A stretch of 64,000 nucleotides of DNA, from IMG/VR virus record IMGVR_UViG_3300044535_002275, positions 32,001 to 96,000 of that record; one strand, given 5' to 3'. This document shows positions 42,017 through 50,419 of the stretch, one piece after another. The position numbers were made by a program, and so were the translations under genes. This stretch comes from a virus. Below the pieces are notes generated by a model. The model was not told where the DNA came from. It was given only the letters and a program-made list of their open reading frames with translations, and searched no databases. Each line of letters begins with the position of its first letter. Within the stretch, counting starts at the first letter, position 1.

Positions 42017-42057
42017 ATAAATCGTATTATCAATTACCTCTAATATAAAATCATTCA

Positions 42058-43386
42058 ATGATAGAGCCATTTGTTTTTTGGACAACAGGAATAGTGTCAG
42101 GAATCGCAACCGGGATTCTGCCTGGCATTGGACCATTGGCTTTGGTAATACTTTTTTATCCTGTACTGATGTCCACTGATGTGCTATCAATCATGCTTTT
42201 TTACAGTGGCATGCTGGTGGCAGCACAATACACCGGTGCTGTCATTGGAGTTGTGGCCGGAGTACCGGGTGAAATATCGTCCACTGTAGCAGCAACATCT
42301 GGACATAAACTATTCAAAAAAGGCAAAGGATTTGACGCCTTGGGAATTGCTGCTATTGGTGGCACAACAGCATCGTTGATTGCTGTTTTTCTTGTTCCAA
42401 CAATTGCAAACTTATTTTACAATAATGCCAAGTTCTACAGTATTTTTGTGCAAGTGTTTATATTTTTGTCTATTATTATTTTGATGATCGTTTACAACAA
42501 AAATTATCTTGTTAATCTGGCATTGATAGCAACTGGATTTACCGCGGGATTGATTGGATATCATCCTAGTTTTGGATCCATAATGACATTCAATTCAATG
42601 ATTTTGGATCCTGGGATATCCATAACAGTTTTTTTATTTTGTATTTTTATTGTGCCTCAACTGTTGATGTTTGGTCGAATCAAATTCAACACAGCTAATT
42701 TACCCGGCAGACACAGTATGCGTCAGATAGTAAAACTTGCGGTCAATCGATATCAATCCATTCTCAGAGGATCGTTGATGGGAGTTTTGTTAGGGCTAAT
42801 ACCAGCTGTGGGCACATCTATTTGTAGCAATGTTGCGGCGTTTGTTGAGAAAAGAATCAATCGTCAGCAGTCCAAACAGTTGTCATCCGCAGAAGCAGCC
42901 AATAATTCTTCTGCAATCAGCAGTATGATTCCTTTGGTAGCATTTGGTATTCCGATTACTGCGTCCGAAATGGTAATTTACAATGTAATCAGTACCAGTA
43001 CTCCGTCGTTTGGATATGCATGGTTCCAAACATTGGCATTTGGAAATTTTACCAACCTGGATATCTTGTTATGCAGTCTTGTTATAGGTTCTGTTATTAT
43101 GACCTTTGTGGCTTGGAACTGTGCATCAACCATAATTAAAATAATATCCAAAATTTCTTTCTTACACATATACTCAACTGTTGTTGTAATTATTGTAGGT
43201 GCCATAATTTACCAAGCAATTGATCAATATCGAATCGACACTGACTTTATTTCTTTGTTGGTGTTGTTACCCATCGGATGGATTTGTTACAAGAAAAATA
43301 TCGACACATTGCCGGCAGTGTTGGCTTTTATGATAGCTAAACCGTGCTTGTCAGCAATGTCTATAGCAGTTCAATTATTAAATTAA
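42058..43386 (+). CDS. tctA: Tripartite tricarboxylate transporter large permease (TctA-like)
   Basis: Polytopic membrane protein with an internal repeat: GILPGIG/GLIPAVG, GVPG, EAANNS, GIP. Confidence 0.75.
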   Translation: MIEPFVFWTTGIVSGIATGILPGIGPLALVILFYPVLMSTDVLSIMLFYSGMLVAAQYTGAVIGVVAGVPGEISSTVAATSGHKLFKKGKGFDALGIAAIGGTTASLIAVFLVPTIANLFYNNAKFYSIFVQVFIFLSIIILMIVYNKNYLVNLALIATGFTAGLIGYHPSFGSIMTFNSMILDPGISITVFLFCIFIVPQLLMFGRIKFNTANLPGRHSMRQIVKLAVNRYQSILRGSLMGVLLGLIPAVGTSICSNVAAFVEKRINRQQSKQLSSAEAANNSSAISSMIPLVAFGIPITASEMVIYNVISTSTPSFGYAWFQTLAFGNFTNLDILLCSLVIGSVIMTFVAWNCASTIIKIISKISFLHIYSTVVVIIVGAIIYQAIDQYRIDTDFISLLVLLPIGWICYKKNIDTLPAVLAFMIAKPCLSAMSIAVQLLN

Positions 43387-43401
43387 AAGGAAATTTTTAC
43401 A

Positions 43402-44280
43402 ATGAAAAAATTAATTATTGCGTTTTTTATCGCAGCATCGTCGGTGGTTGGTGCTGCAGATCTAACCTATTATCAACTGTCGTCCCGTACTGAGCCCACT
43501 GTGTTGATTCAGGATGCATGGCTTGATAGCCTGAAATCCACAGGCATCTCGGTCACCGCCAAACGAGGAATGGGTTGCGGAGGTATGACCGCTTACCAAG
43601 CTGATCCTGCTGCCAAATTAGTTTATTTTTCAGGCGGTCGTTACTGGCTCAGTCTGCAAAAAAATGAAACAGCTTGTGTCATCGACTTGGACTCAATTGA
43701 ATGGGTGGCCACTGTGTCTGATCCGTATTTGATGTGCTCACTGACAGATTCCCCAATTCGGGATAGAGATTCTTTTAGACAAAAAAAGCAACTGACCATT
43801 GGCAGTACCGGCGCAGCGCCATTTGGTAGTTGGATCAGCGATTACAATCGCAAAAATCACACAACTCACAAATCTATTTCTTTTGGCAACAGCACTGAAG
43901 CAGCAATGGCCCTACTGGCCCGAGATATACAGGTGGCTGTGTTGCAGGCTATTGCTGCCAAAAAACACATATCAAGTGGAAAAATAAAATGCTTTGCCTC
44001 AACAGCAACATCTTCTGACCTGGCGAATTTCTCCAGTTTGCACCCTACAGGGGATAAAGTAATAAATGAATACACATCAACATTTGCGTTAGGAGCAGTT
44101 GGATTATCGCATGATATGTTATTGCGTGTGAGACAAGCAATAAGCAGCACATCGGTTGATGTCAGCACAACTGGTTTTAAAATTCGTTATATCACAACCG
44201 ACAAAGAACAACAGGACGGTAAGAAAATGATTAAATCGTTGATCACCGACGTGTTGCAAATTACAAAAACAAGCAGATGA
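43402..44280 (+). CDS. Periplasmic solute-binding protein (divergent TctC/Bug-like)
   Basis: Signal peptide, LTIGSTG, F..STEA.MALLARDIQ, GKIK; directly after tctA. Confidence 0.55.
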   Translation: MKKLIIAFFIAASSVVGAADLTYYQLSSRTEPTVLIQDAWLDSLKSTGISVTAKRGMGCGGMTAYQADPAAKLVYFSGGRYWLSLQKNETACVIDLDSIEWVATVSDPYLMCSLTDSPIRDRDSFRQKKQLTIGSTGAAPFGSWISDYNRKNHTTHKSISFGNSTEAAMALLARDIQVAVLQAIAAKKHISSGKIKCFASTATSSDLANFSSLHPTGDKVINEYTSTFALGAVGLSHDMLLRVRQAISSTSVDVSTTGFKIRYITTDKEQQDGKKMIKSLITDVLQITKTSR

Positions 44281-45371
44281 AATACGGATATTACGAAGTA
44301 GCTGGTAAACAGTACGCCAGCAAATTGCAGGCAATAGAAGAGGCTACCCCAAACGGCTGGTGGCCTCATTGGAATTTCCATGAAAAATATTTTTCGTCAG
44401 TGGATTGGTCTGTTGAACCAGAGGAATCTCTGTCGGTATTATATCAACGTCGTGCAAAAGAAATCAGAGAACAACACAGTCGTGTGTACCTGCACTACAG
44501 CGGTGGATCGGACAGCTGGCAGGTTGCATATTCATTCTTGACTGCTGGATTGAAAATTGATCGTTTGATTTACCGGTCGTATGAATTTGTAAAAGATTTC
44601 AAAACAATAGGAGCAGAAAATTTAAATGCCGAAGGCAAATTATCAGCTTATCCATCCTACAAGGCCTTGCTGGAACTAGATCCCACTCTCAAATGGGAAA
44701 CTTGGGAAACAGGCGACGACATGTTAAAATTATGGGCAAACACAAAGCTTGATACCACTTTATTGAATATACCGCAACCATCAATTATTTCTAGATTAAA
44801 TTTGATCAAAAACTCATTTAATCTAACAGACCAATCAACTGCCAACATATATGGCATTGAAAAACCGAATCTGTATTACGAAGATGGCAATTTTTATCTA
44901 TTTTTTCCAGATCATGCAGTGAACTTTCAGTGCTTTAACGAAAACAATCAAAACAATATTTTGTTTTTTTGGGACAACACTCCGGCTGCAATCGACATAT
45001 TGAAAAAACAAGTACATCTAGTTAAGAAATGGTTTTTAAAAAATCCACAACATATACACAAGATTGCAAGTCGTAAATCTCGTGATGCTGATTGGTATAA
45101 TCGTGTTGTTGCCAACATTGTTTATCCAGATTACAAATTGACCTGGCAAACAAAAAAACCTGCTCGAATTGTTAAAATTGAAACTACTAATTGGTTTTAT
45201 CAAATAAGCCCAGATCAGCCGGAATGGAAAGCATACCAGGCATGGCGCAGATACGTGGTCGAACAAAGCGAACGCATTAAAATAGCCATGAAAGACTTCC
45301 CGGAATTTCAGAAGAAAGAGGAAGATTTGAATGTTCTTCCTACGTCGTGGAGTAAGTTATACAAAGTATAA
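44277..45371 (+). CDS. PP-loop (adenine nucleotide alpha-hydrolase-like) protein
   Basis: LHYSGGSDS PP-loop; ATGA coupling to the binding-protein gene. Confidence 0.6.
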   Translation: MKYGYYEVAGKQYASKLQAIEEATPNGWWPHWNFHEKYFSSVDWSVEPEESLSVLYQRRAKEIREQHSRVYLHYSGGSDSWQVAYSFLTAGLKIDRLIYRSYEFVKDFKTIGAENLNAEGKLSAYPSYKALLELDPTLKWETWETGDDMLKLWANTKLDTTLLNIPQPSIISRLNLIKNSFNLTDQSTANIYGIEKPNLYYEDGNFYLFFPDHAVNFQCFNENNQNNILFFWDNTPAAIDILKKQVHLVKKWFLKNPQHIHKIASRKSRDADWYNRVVANIVYPDYKLTWQTKKPARIVKIETTNWFYQISPDQPEWKAYQAWRRYVVEQSERIKIAMKDFPEFQKKEEDLNVLPTSWSKLYKV

Positions 45372-45389
45372 ACTAAGACACTGCGATTT

Positions 45390-45992
45390 TTACATTGCAG
45401 GGCCGTTACCGTTCCTAAAACCCACTACCCCACCTTCGGCTTCGATACGTTTGATTGCGTCTTCAAAAAGAATAGGTGCAAAATCAGTTTGTTCAACACA
45501 AACACAGTGATATCTAGGATCAATTTGATCGCTGTAAAGGACCTCTCCGGTACGAGCATCAACCCCGCGCGGTTTCATAACACGATTGGCATGGAGGTGA
45601 CCGTGTATGTTTACACCAAATCGTCCAAGGCTCTCAGGATGGACAGGAATATGACTAAGAATCATTCCGTTCATGACATGGTATGCACGAAGTTCGCGGA
45701 AGTACTGTCTGTATTCGTCATCCCGAAAGATGTCGTGATTACCGCGAATAAGCACTTTATCGCCGTTGAGACGGGCAAGTGTAGACATTGCTCGTCGGTT
45801 AATGACTACATCTCCGAGATGGTATACTTTGTCATTTGGACGCACACGTTCGTTCCAACGCTCAATCATGGCTTCATCCATTTCTGCCGGATCGTCCCAC
45901 GGACGAAGTTTAGTCACACCGTCGTTGCGCACAAAGCGACACACGCCAGCATGCCCAAAATGTGTATCACTTACAAGAAAAACTGCTGGCAT
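45390..45992 (-). CDS. Calcineurin-like metallophosphoesterase
   Basis: SDTHFGH, HLGD, GNHD, SHIP, HGHLH. Confidence 0.9.
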   Translation of the reverse strand: MPAVFLVSDTHFGHAGVCRFVRNDGVTKLRPWDDPAEMDEAMIERWNERVRPNDKVYHLGDVVINRRAMSTLARLNGDKVLIRGNHDIFRDDEYRQYFRELRAYHVMNGMILSHIPVHPESLGRFGVNIHGHLHANRVMKPRGVDARTGEVLYSDQIDPRYHCVCVEQTDFAPILFEDAIKRIEAEGGVVGFRNGNGPAM

Positions 45993-46004
45993 GATTGCCT
46001 CCTT

Positions 46005-46274
46005 TTATTTTTTACTTGAGTTGGATGCCAACAATGCCATGGTTGCCATGGCCTCTGACTTTACCCCAATCCAATAAACTTTAAACCCATCTCGAGCTGC
46101 TCGATAACCAAATTTTGACTTCCACGGTGAATCTCGCCTGTACTGACCGCCAAAATGGCGTTCCATTGTCCGTTCCATATTGCCAGCCACAACACTGTAG
46201 TGGCTGAAACGAAAAGCATGAGTATAACCATCACGGTACAGACTGTGAGTTTTGTTTAGTTTTATCAACTTCAT
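46005..46274 (-). CDS. Hypothetical phage protein
   Basis: 89-aa ORF. Confidence 0.5.
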   Translation of the reverse strand: MKLIKLNKTHSLYRDGYTHAFRFSHYSVVAGNMERTMERHFGGQYRRDSPWKSKFGYRAARDGFKVYWIGVKSEAMATMALLASNSSKK

Positions 46275-46378
46275 TTTATTGACTCAGTTTAATTGCTGCC
46301 CATATAAGAACAGCAGCAACAAGACCAGATACTACAAGAGCAGCAATCACAATTAGCGCAGCCACTATCAAGTCCACG

Positions 46379-46579
46379 CTACACCATCTGCTCGTAAAAT
46401 CCGTACCGGGCAGAGTAAGCATCGAGTGCTTCCAACTCACGCACCAAGGTCCAGCGTCCTACACCAGCCATGCGTTTACGAAATCCGTGTACAGACTTAT
46501 GATAGTCTGACAAAATTTCAGCTAGATCAGCATCGCTGTATTGACTCTTAAACCAATCAATCTTGTTTGATGATTGCAT
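46379..46579 (-). CDS. Small hypothetical protein (MQSSNK...)
   Basis: AAGGAG RBS; SDYHKSVHGFR motif. Confidence 0.55.
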   Translation of the reverse strand: MQSSNKIDWFKSQYSDADLAEILSDYHKSVHGFRKRMAGVGRWTLVRELEALDAYSARYGFYEQMV

Positions 46580-46601
46580 TACATTTCTCCTTGGTCCGAG
46601 A

Positions 46602-47060
46602 TTAAACAGCAACTTCGTCGTTGTCTTGAGCAACCTGGCTCATGGGGTTTGGGTAGTAGGCCATACCGCCGTTGCCAACTGGGAAAGCAATAAACTGCAT
46701 GGCAGCCAATTCCTTGGCAGTAAGTTCACGTGGCTCTGATGCCGCCGTCTTTTTAGACTTGGTTACTTTGACTTTGACACGGACTTCTCGTTTGGCTTTA
46801 GGAGCCTTGGCAAAAGGATTCTCATCCTTGACCTGAGCTGTCAAAAATGCAGTAACTTCTGCTTCGGCATTGCTGTACAGTTGGATAACAGCCTTTACAG
46901 CTTCGTTTTTTGTAGAAACTGGCACAGCCAACTTGATGATGTTGATATCAGTGTCGCCTAACTTGGCCAACTGCTCAATGCGCTTTTCGTCAGTGGCAGT
47001 ACGGAATTTGAGCTCGCCTGCTACACGGCTATAACCTGCAAAAGAGATTAGTTTAGACAT
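46602..47060 (-). CDS. Basic hypothetical protein, probably early
   Basis: AGGAG RBS; upstream promoter TAGACC-N17-TATAAT at 47091-47119. Confidence 0.6.
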   Translation of the reverse strand: MSKLISFAGYSRVAGELKFRTATDEKRIEQLAKLGDTDINIIKLAVPVSTKNEAVKAVIQLYSNAEAEVTAFLTAQVKDENPFAKAPKAKREVRVKVKVTKSKKTAASEPRELTAKELAAMQFIAFPVGNGGMAYYPNPMSQVAQDNDEVAV

Positions 47061-47232
47061 TTACTGCTCCTGTTTTGTTAGTGTAAGTACATTATAACCG
47101 AAAGGGCTTTTCTGGTCTACCAAAATATGCAAAAAAGCAACATAAAAACTAGGAAAAACTCTGCTACGCCCATTAAAACAAGTGTGGCAAAATTACAACA
47201 TACGCTGTTGAGGTGCTTTTTAGCATGTTCTT

Positions 47233-47261
47233 AGTATAACAAACACACGATTTTAAGTCAA
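47233..47261 (-). promoter_or_regulatory. Sigma70 promoter
   Basis: TTGACT-N17-TATACT. Confidence 0.6.
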
Positions 47262-47262
47262 T

Positions 47263-47286
47263 AAAAAAAGCCCCATTTTGGGGCTT
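47263..47286 (-). terminator. Rho-independent terminator
   Basis: AAGCCCC-AAAAT-GGGGCTT then T-tract on the minus strand. Confidence 0.7.
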
Positions 47287-47313
47287 GATTTTTGTTGCAT
47301 TTTTACAACATTA

Positions 47314-47652
47314 TTACTCAGTATCGGTTACAATAGTACCCAAATAAGTCCAACCGGCTGCTTCATCGGCAGCAAGAGCTGCACTGTCACTGTATCCATA
47401 TGACACTCTTATTGCTTCATATTCATCGCCGTTAGTTACATGCTTATTAATGGATAAAATGAACGTTTCCTGATCCCACTCGTACGTGATTGGCTCTAAC
47501 AAAACTCCGTCAGCAAGTGCAGCATTATTGCCTTCTGTTACAGATAGTTCTAGTTCCGCTGGGTATAAAGAATTTTTATTGGCATACGCTTCGTTGCCAT
47601 CTACAAAGATTGCATTATCTTTCTCGTATTGTATTTTCAATAATTGTGACAT
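47314..47652 (-). CDS. Acidic hypothetical protein (late)
   Basis: CATAAATA and AAGGA upstream. Confidence 0.6.
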   Translation of the reverse strand: MSQLLKIQYEKDNAIFVDGNEAYANKNSLYPAELELSVTEGNNAALADGVLLEPITYEWDQETFILSINKHVTNGDEYEAIRVSYGYSDSAALAADEAAGWTYLGTIVTDTE

Positions 47653-47721
47653 AGAATATCCTTAACAGTGTTATGAAATTATTTATGATTGGTTTAATAA
47701 AGAAAACTAACATGTTGTTTG

Positions 47722-48141
47722 TTATTTTGTTCTATCAACAATATCCTTGTATCCGGACCAACTGGGATGAATCCCGTCTTTCTGTAATCCGCGAATTGGT
47801 AAAACTGTATCTCCGTATTCAGCAGCCACAGCCTTTACATAATCTTGAATTGTTTCAATTGGTACTTCACTGCCTTTTAAGTTGCCAGCTGGCAGTACCC
47901 AAAAGACTCGATTGCTTTTGACACGAGCCCGCATCTTACGCAATTCTTGCGTTGTCTTAATGTATTTGTGATCATTAGTTGCCAGACTGATAATAACAAC
48001 ACTGGCTGTTAAATTAGCAGCAGAATACATGTTATTCCATTGCCATGTATTGATACCGCCTTTGCCTACTAGTTCGCATTGTGGTGCAAATTGTTTGGTA
48101 CCTACTGCAATTGAGTCACCTAATATTAAACATTCCAGCAT
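47722..48141 (-). CDS. SGNH/GDSL hydrolase
   Basis: GDSIA, GxN-like ATND, DGIHP. Confidence 0.85.
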   Translation of the reverse strand: MLECLILGDSIAVGTKQFAPQCELVGKGGINTWQWNNMYSAANLTASVVIISLATNDHKYIKTTQELRKMRARVKSNRVFWVLPAGNLKGSEVPIETIQDYVKAVAAEYGDTVLPIRGLQKDGIHPSWSGYKDIVDRTK

Positions 48142-48162
48142 AATCGTCCCCGTAAAAATATA

Positions 48163-48438
48163 TTATAACATAATTACAGCGATCAGTGCTTGTCTATTAT
48201 CCCAAAATGCCCAATACCATTTTTGATGCGTGTCTCTTGATAAAAACACCGGCTTGGCATTGTATTTTTCTAAAAGTTGGTTGGCATCGTCCCAGGTTGT
48301 ATTTCGTCGATGCCGGTCTAAAATGTCAATTTCTAATAAGACTTGAGGCGGATCGACTGAGTATTGAGCCCTCAGTCGATCCGCCTCATAGTAAGGAATA
48401 TGCTGTTCTAACCAGATATTCCAGTCATAAACTCGCAC
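48163..48438 (-). CDS. Hypothetical protein
   Basis: 91-aa ORF between rubrerythrin and the SGNH hydrolase. Confidence 0.5.
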   Translation of the reverse strand: MRVYDWNIWLEQHIPYYEADRLRAQYSVDPPQVLLEIDILDRHRRNTTWDDANQLLEKYNAKPVFLSRDTHQKWYWAFWDNRQALIAVIML

Positions 48439-48450
48439 ACTGCGTTCCTA

Positions 48451-48894
48451 TTACTCGCCTGCTTCTGCTTTGTATGCGTCTAATGCTCGCTGATAGCGAT
48501 TGGCATGTGAGCGTTCTGCTTTGGCCAAAGTCTCAAACCAGTCAGCGACTTCGTCAAAGCCTTCGTCGCGAGCAGTTTTGGCCATGCCTGGGTACATGTC
48601 GGTGTACTCGTGTGTTTCACCGTGAATTGCTGCTTCCAATGCTTCCTGTGGTGTTGTACCTGGCATGCCTGTTCCGGGTTCGCCTGCTCCGCCGTTGATC
48701 AAGAATTCCATGTGACCGTGTGCATGTCCTGTTTCGCCTTCGGCTGTGGAACGGAACAAAGCTGCTACATCAGGAGCACCTGCTACATCACACAAGTTTG
48801 CAAAATACAAATAACGGCGATTGGCCATTGATTCACCTGCAAATGCTTCTTTTAGGCACTCTGCTGTTTTACTACCTTTTAGACTTTCTGACAT
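48451..48894 (-). CDS. rbr: Short rubrerythrin (diiron four-helix bundle, no rubredoxin domain)
   Basis: [28 protein letters not shown]. Confidence 0.92.
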   Translation of the reverse strand: MSESLKGSKTAECLKEAFAGESMANRRYLYFANLCDVAGAPDVAALFRSTAEGETGHAHGHMEFLINGGAGEPGTGMPGTTPQEALEAAIHGETHEYTDMYPGMAKTARDEGFDEVADWFETLAKAERSHANRYQRALDAYKAEAGE

Positions 48895-48949
48895 GTAATA
48901 CTCCTTGTGATATAAAATGTGTGTATCAGTATTACTACTGACTTGAACT

Positions 48950-49038
48950 ATTATATATGATTTTAACTCTATAAGTCAATGTATTTTTATAGGTTTTTTC
49001 TATTGTATTTTTTAATAGGCAACATTGATGTTTTCTAT
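48950..49038 (-). promoter_or_regulatory. Rubrerythrin promoter with LysR/OxyR-like boxes
   Basis: TTGACT-N18-TATAAT (48950-48979), ATAG-N7-CTAT (48989-49003) and ATTG-N7-CTAT (49024-49038). Confidence 0.4.
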
Positions 49039-49101
49039 GTACACTGAAGACAAACTTGTGTTGACTAAATATTAGTGGAGCACTTAAAAAAAGAGAACAA
49101 T

Positions 49102-49383
49102 ATGAACGAAATATTCAAACTGATTTCAGATCTGGGATTTCCCATTGCCGCTGCTATTGCCGGCGGATACTTTGTATATCTAACTATTAAACTGTTACTG
49201 GCCGGTGTACTGTCTGCTGTCAAAGGCATGGCTGGCATCATCACTGCTTTAGATAACCGTGTCAAAACTATGAACCACGACGTGGTGCGCATTGACGCAG
49301 TGGTATCAAATGCCTTGGGTCTCAGACCAGATGTTGAGCGTATTGCCCGAGCTGACGGCAAGAACGACGCACGTCGAGATTGA
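49102..49383 (+). CDS. Small single-TM protein (YvrJ/holin-like GFPI motif) A
   Basis: LISDLGFPIAAAIAGG TM segment then coiled coil (LDNRVKTMNHD); CTAAATA upstream. Confidence 0.55.
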   Translation: MNEIFKLISDLGFPIAAAIAGGYFVYLTIKLLLAGVLSAVKGMAGIITALDNRVKTMNHDVVRIDAVVSNALGLRPDVERIARADGKNDARRD

Positions 49384-49568
49384 TCATGGTAAGAGAAGAT
49401 TGGATAGCCGAACTTCGCGACTTGGCAAAGCGCATTGATTTAGCTGGCCAGCCGCACATTGCCAACAGCATGAGATACGACGCTGATCGACTGGAAATGA
49501 TAGTAGAAAAAACAAAAATAACTCAAACAAAGGAAGAAATCAATGGGCGACATAGCAGATTTAATTAG
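49380..49568 (+). CDS. Small hypothetical protein
   Basis: 62-aa ORF between the paralogous pair. Confidence 0.4.
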   Translation: MIMVREDWIAELRDLAKRIDLAGQPHIANSMRYDADRLEMIVEKTKITQTKEEINGRHSRFN

Positions 49569-49842
49569 CAAGTACGGATTTCCTATCGTAGCAGCAGTAG
49601 GCATGGGCATGATGATCAAGTATGTGTGGACCTGGGCCACAACCGAAATTAAGCCGGTTATCAGCGATGCCAACACAGTTCTTATTGCCTTAATCGATCG
49701 CATTCGTATGTTAGACAACGACTTGATTCGATTGAATCAAAAGGTCAATACTGTGCTACATTTACGCGGCAAAACAATCGAACACGAGCGTGTGCAAGCA
49801 GAAGAAGAAATCAATCAAAAAATCACGGAAGATAAAAAATGA
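49543..49842 (+). CDS. Small single-TM protein (YvrJ/holin-like) B, paralog of A
   Basis: LISKYGFPIVAAVGMG TM segment then LIDRIRMLDND. Confidence 0.55.
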   Translation: MGDIADLISKYGFPIVAAVGMGMMIKYVWTWATTEIKPVISDANTVLIALIDRIRMLDNDLIRLNQKVNTVLHLRGKTIEHERVQAEEEINQKITEDKK

Positions 49843-50180
49843 AATATCTTACTGCAGCATTATTAGCCGTAACCTTAACTGGCTGTAGCTTACTACCGCG
49901 AGCACATGATCCTGTTATGTTTGGACAATTGGTAGTATTAAGCCTGCAAGTTGAATCTGTAGATTGCGATCGACCCAATTGGCAACCGGCTGTGCAGCAA
50001 TCACAGGCTTTGTCACGTTATACAGCCTGGCGACGAGATCCGCAGGCCGACAATCTTGCAGGGCTACATAAGCATGTAGAACGCATGAATCAAGGTGGTA
50101 GCAAAACATTCTGCGAACTGGGAAAGCAAACAGCAGCAGGAAGAATTTCAGCAGCTCGAACAGCATGGGAAGGAAGATGA
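49839..50180 (+). CDS. Lipoprotein
   Basis: MKYLTAALLAVTLTG-C lipobox. Confidence 0.7.
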   Translation: MKYLTAALLAVTLTGCSLLPRAHDPVMFGQLVVLSLQVESVDCDRPNWQPAVQQSQALSRYTAWRRDPQADNLAGLHKHVERMNQGGSKTFCELGKQTAAGRISAARTAWEGR

Positions 50181-50419
50181 TAAATTCAATTGACGTGTTA
50201 GAACAACTCAAACTGGTAGATCCGGTGTTTACCGGCATTGCAACAGAAATGCAAGCAATTGAGGATGCGTATGCCCGCGGTGATCTGTCTGCTGAAGAAC
50301 GACATCATTTAATATCCGAAATGCGTGACGTTCGTGCTGCCGAAGTCTGCGCCGGTAATGAAATTGCATTCCGTCACTTGGTACAGGTCTGTACACTGAT
50401 ACTAAGCGTGGTCAAGTGA
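50177..50419 (+). CDS. Small hypothetical protein
   Basis: ATGA-coupled to the lipoprotein gene. Confidence 0.5.
   Translation: MINSIDVLEQLKLVDPVFTGIATEMQAIEDAYARGDLSAEERHHLISEMRDVRAAEVCAGNEIAFRHLVQVCTLILSVVK

Noticed and set aside
41923-42048. 41-codon TTG ORF with LCLYC (TraR/DksA-like?)
   Set aside because: No RBS and only one CxxC pair; RNA structure explains the region better.
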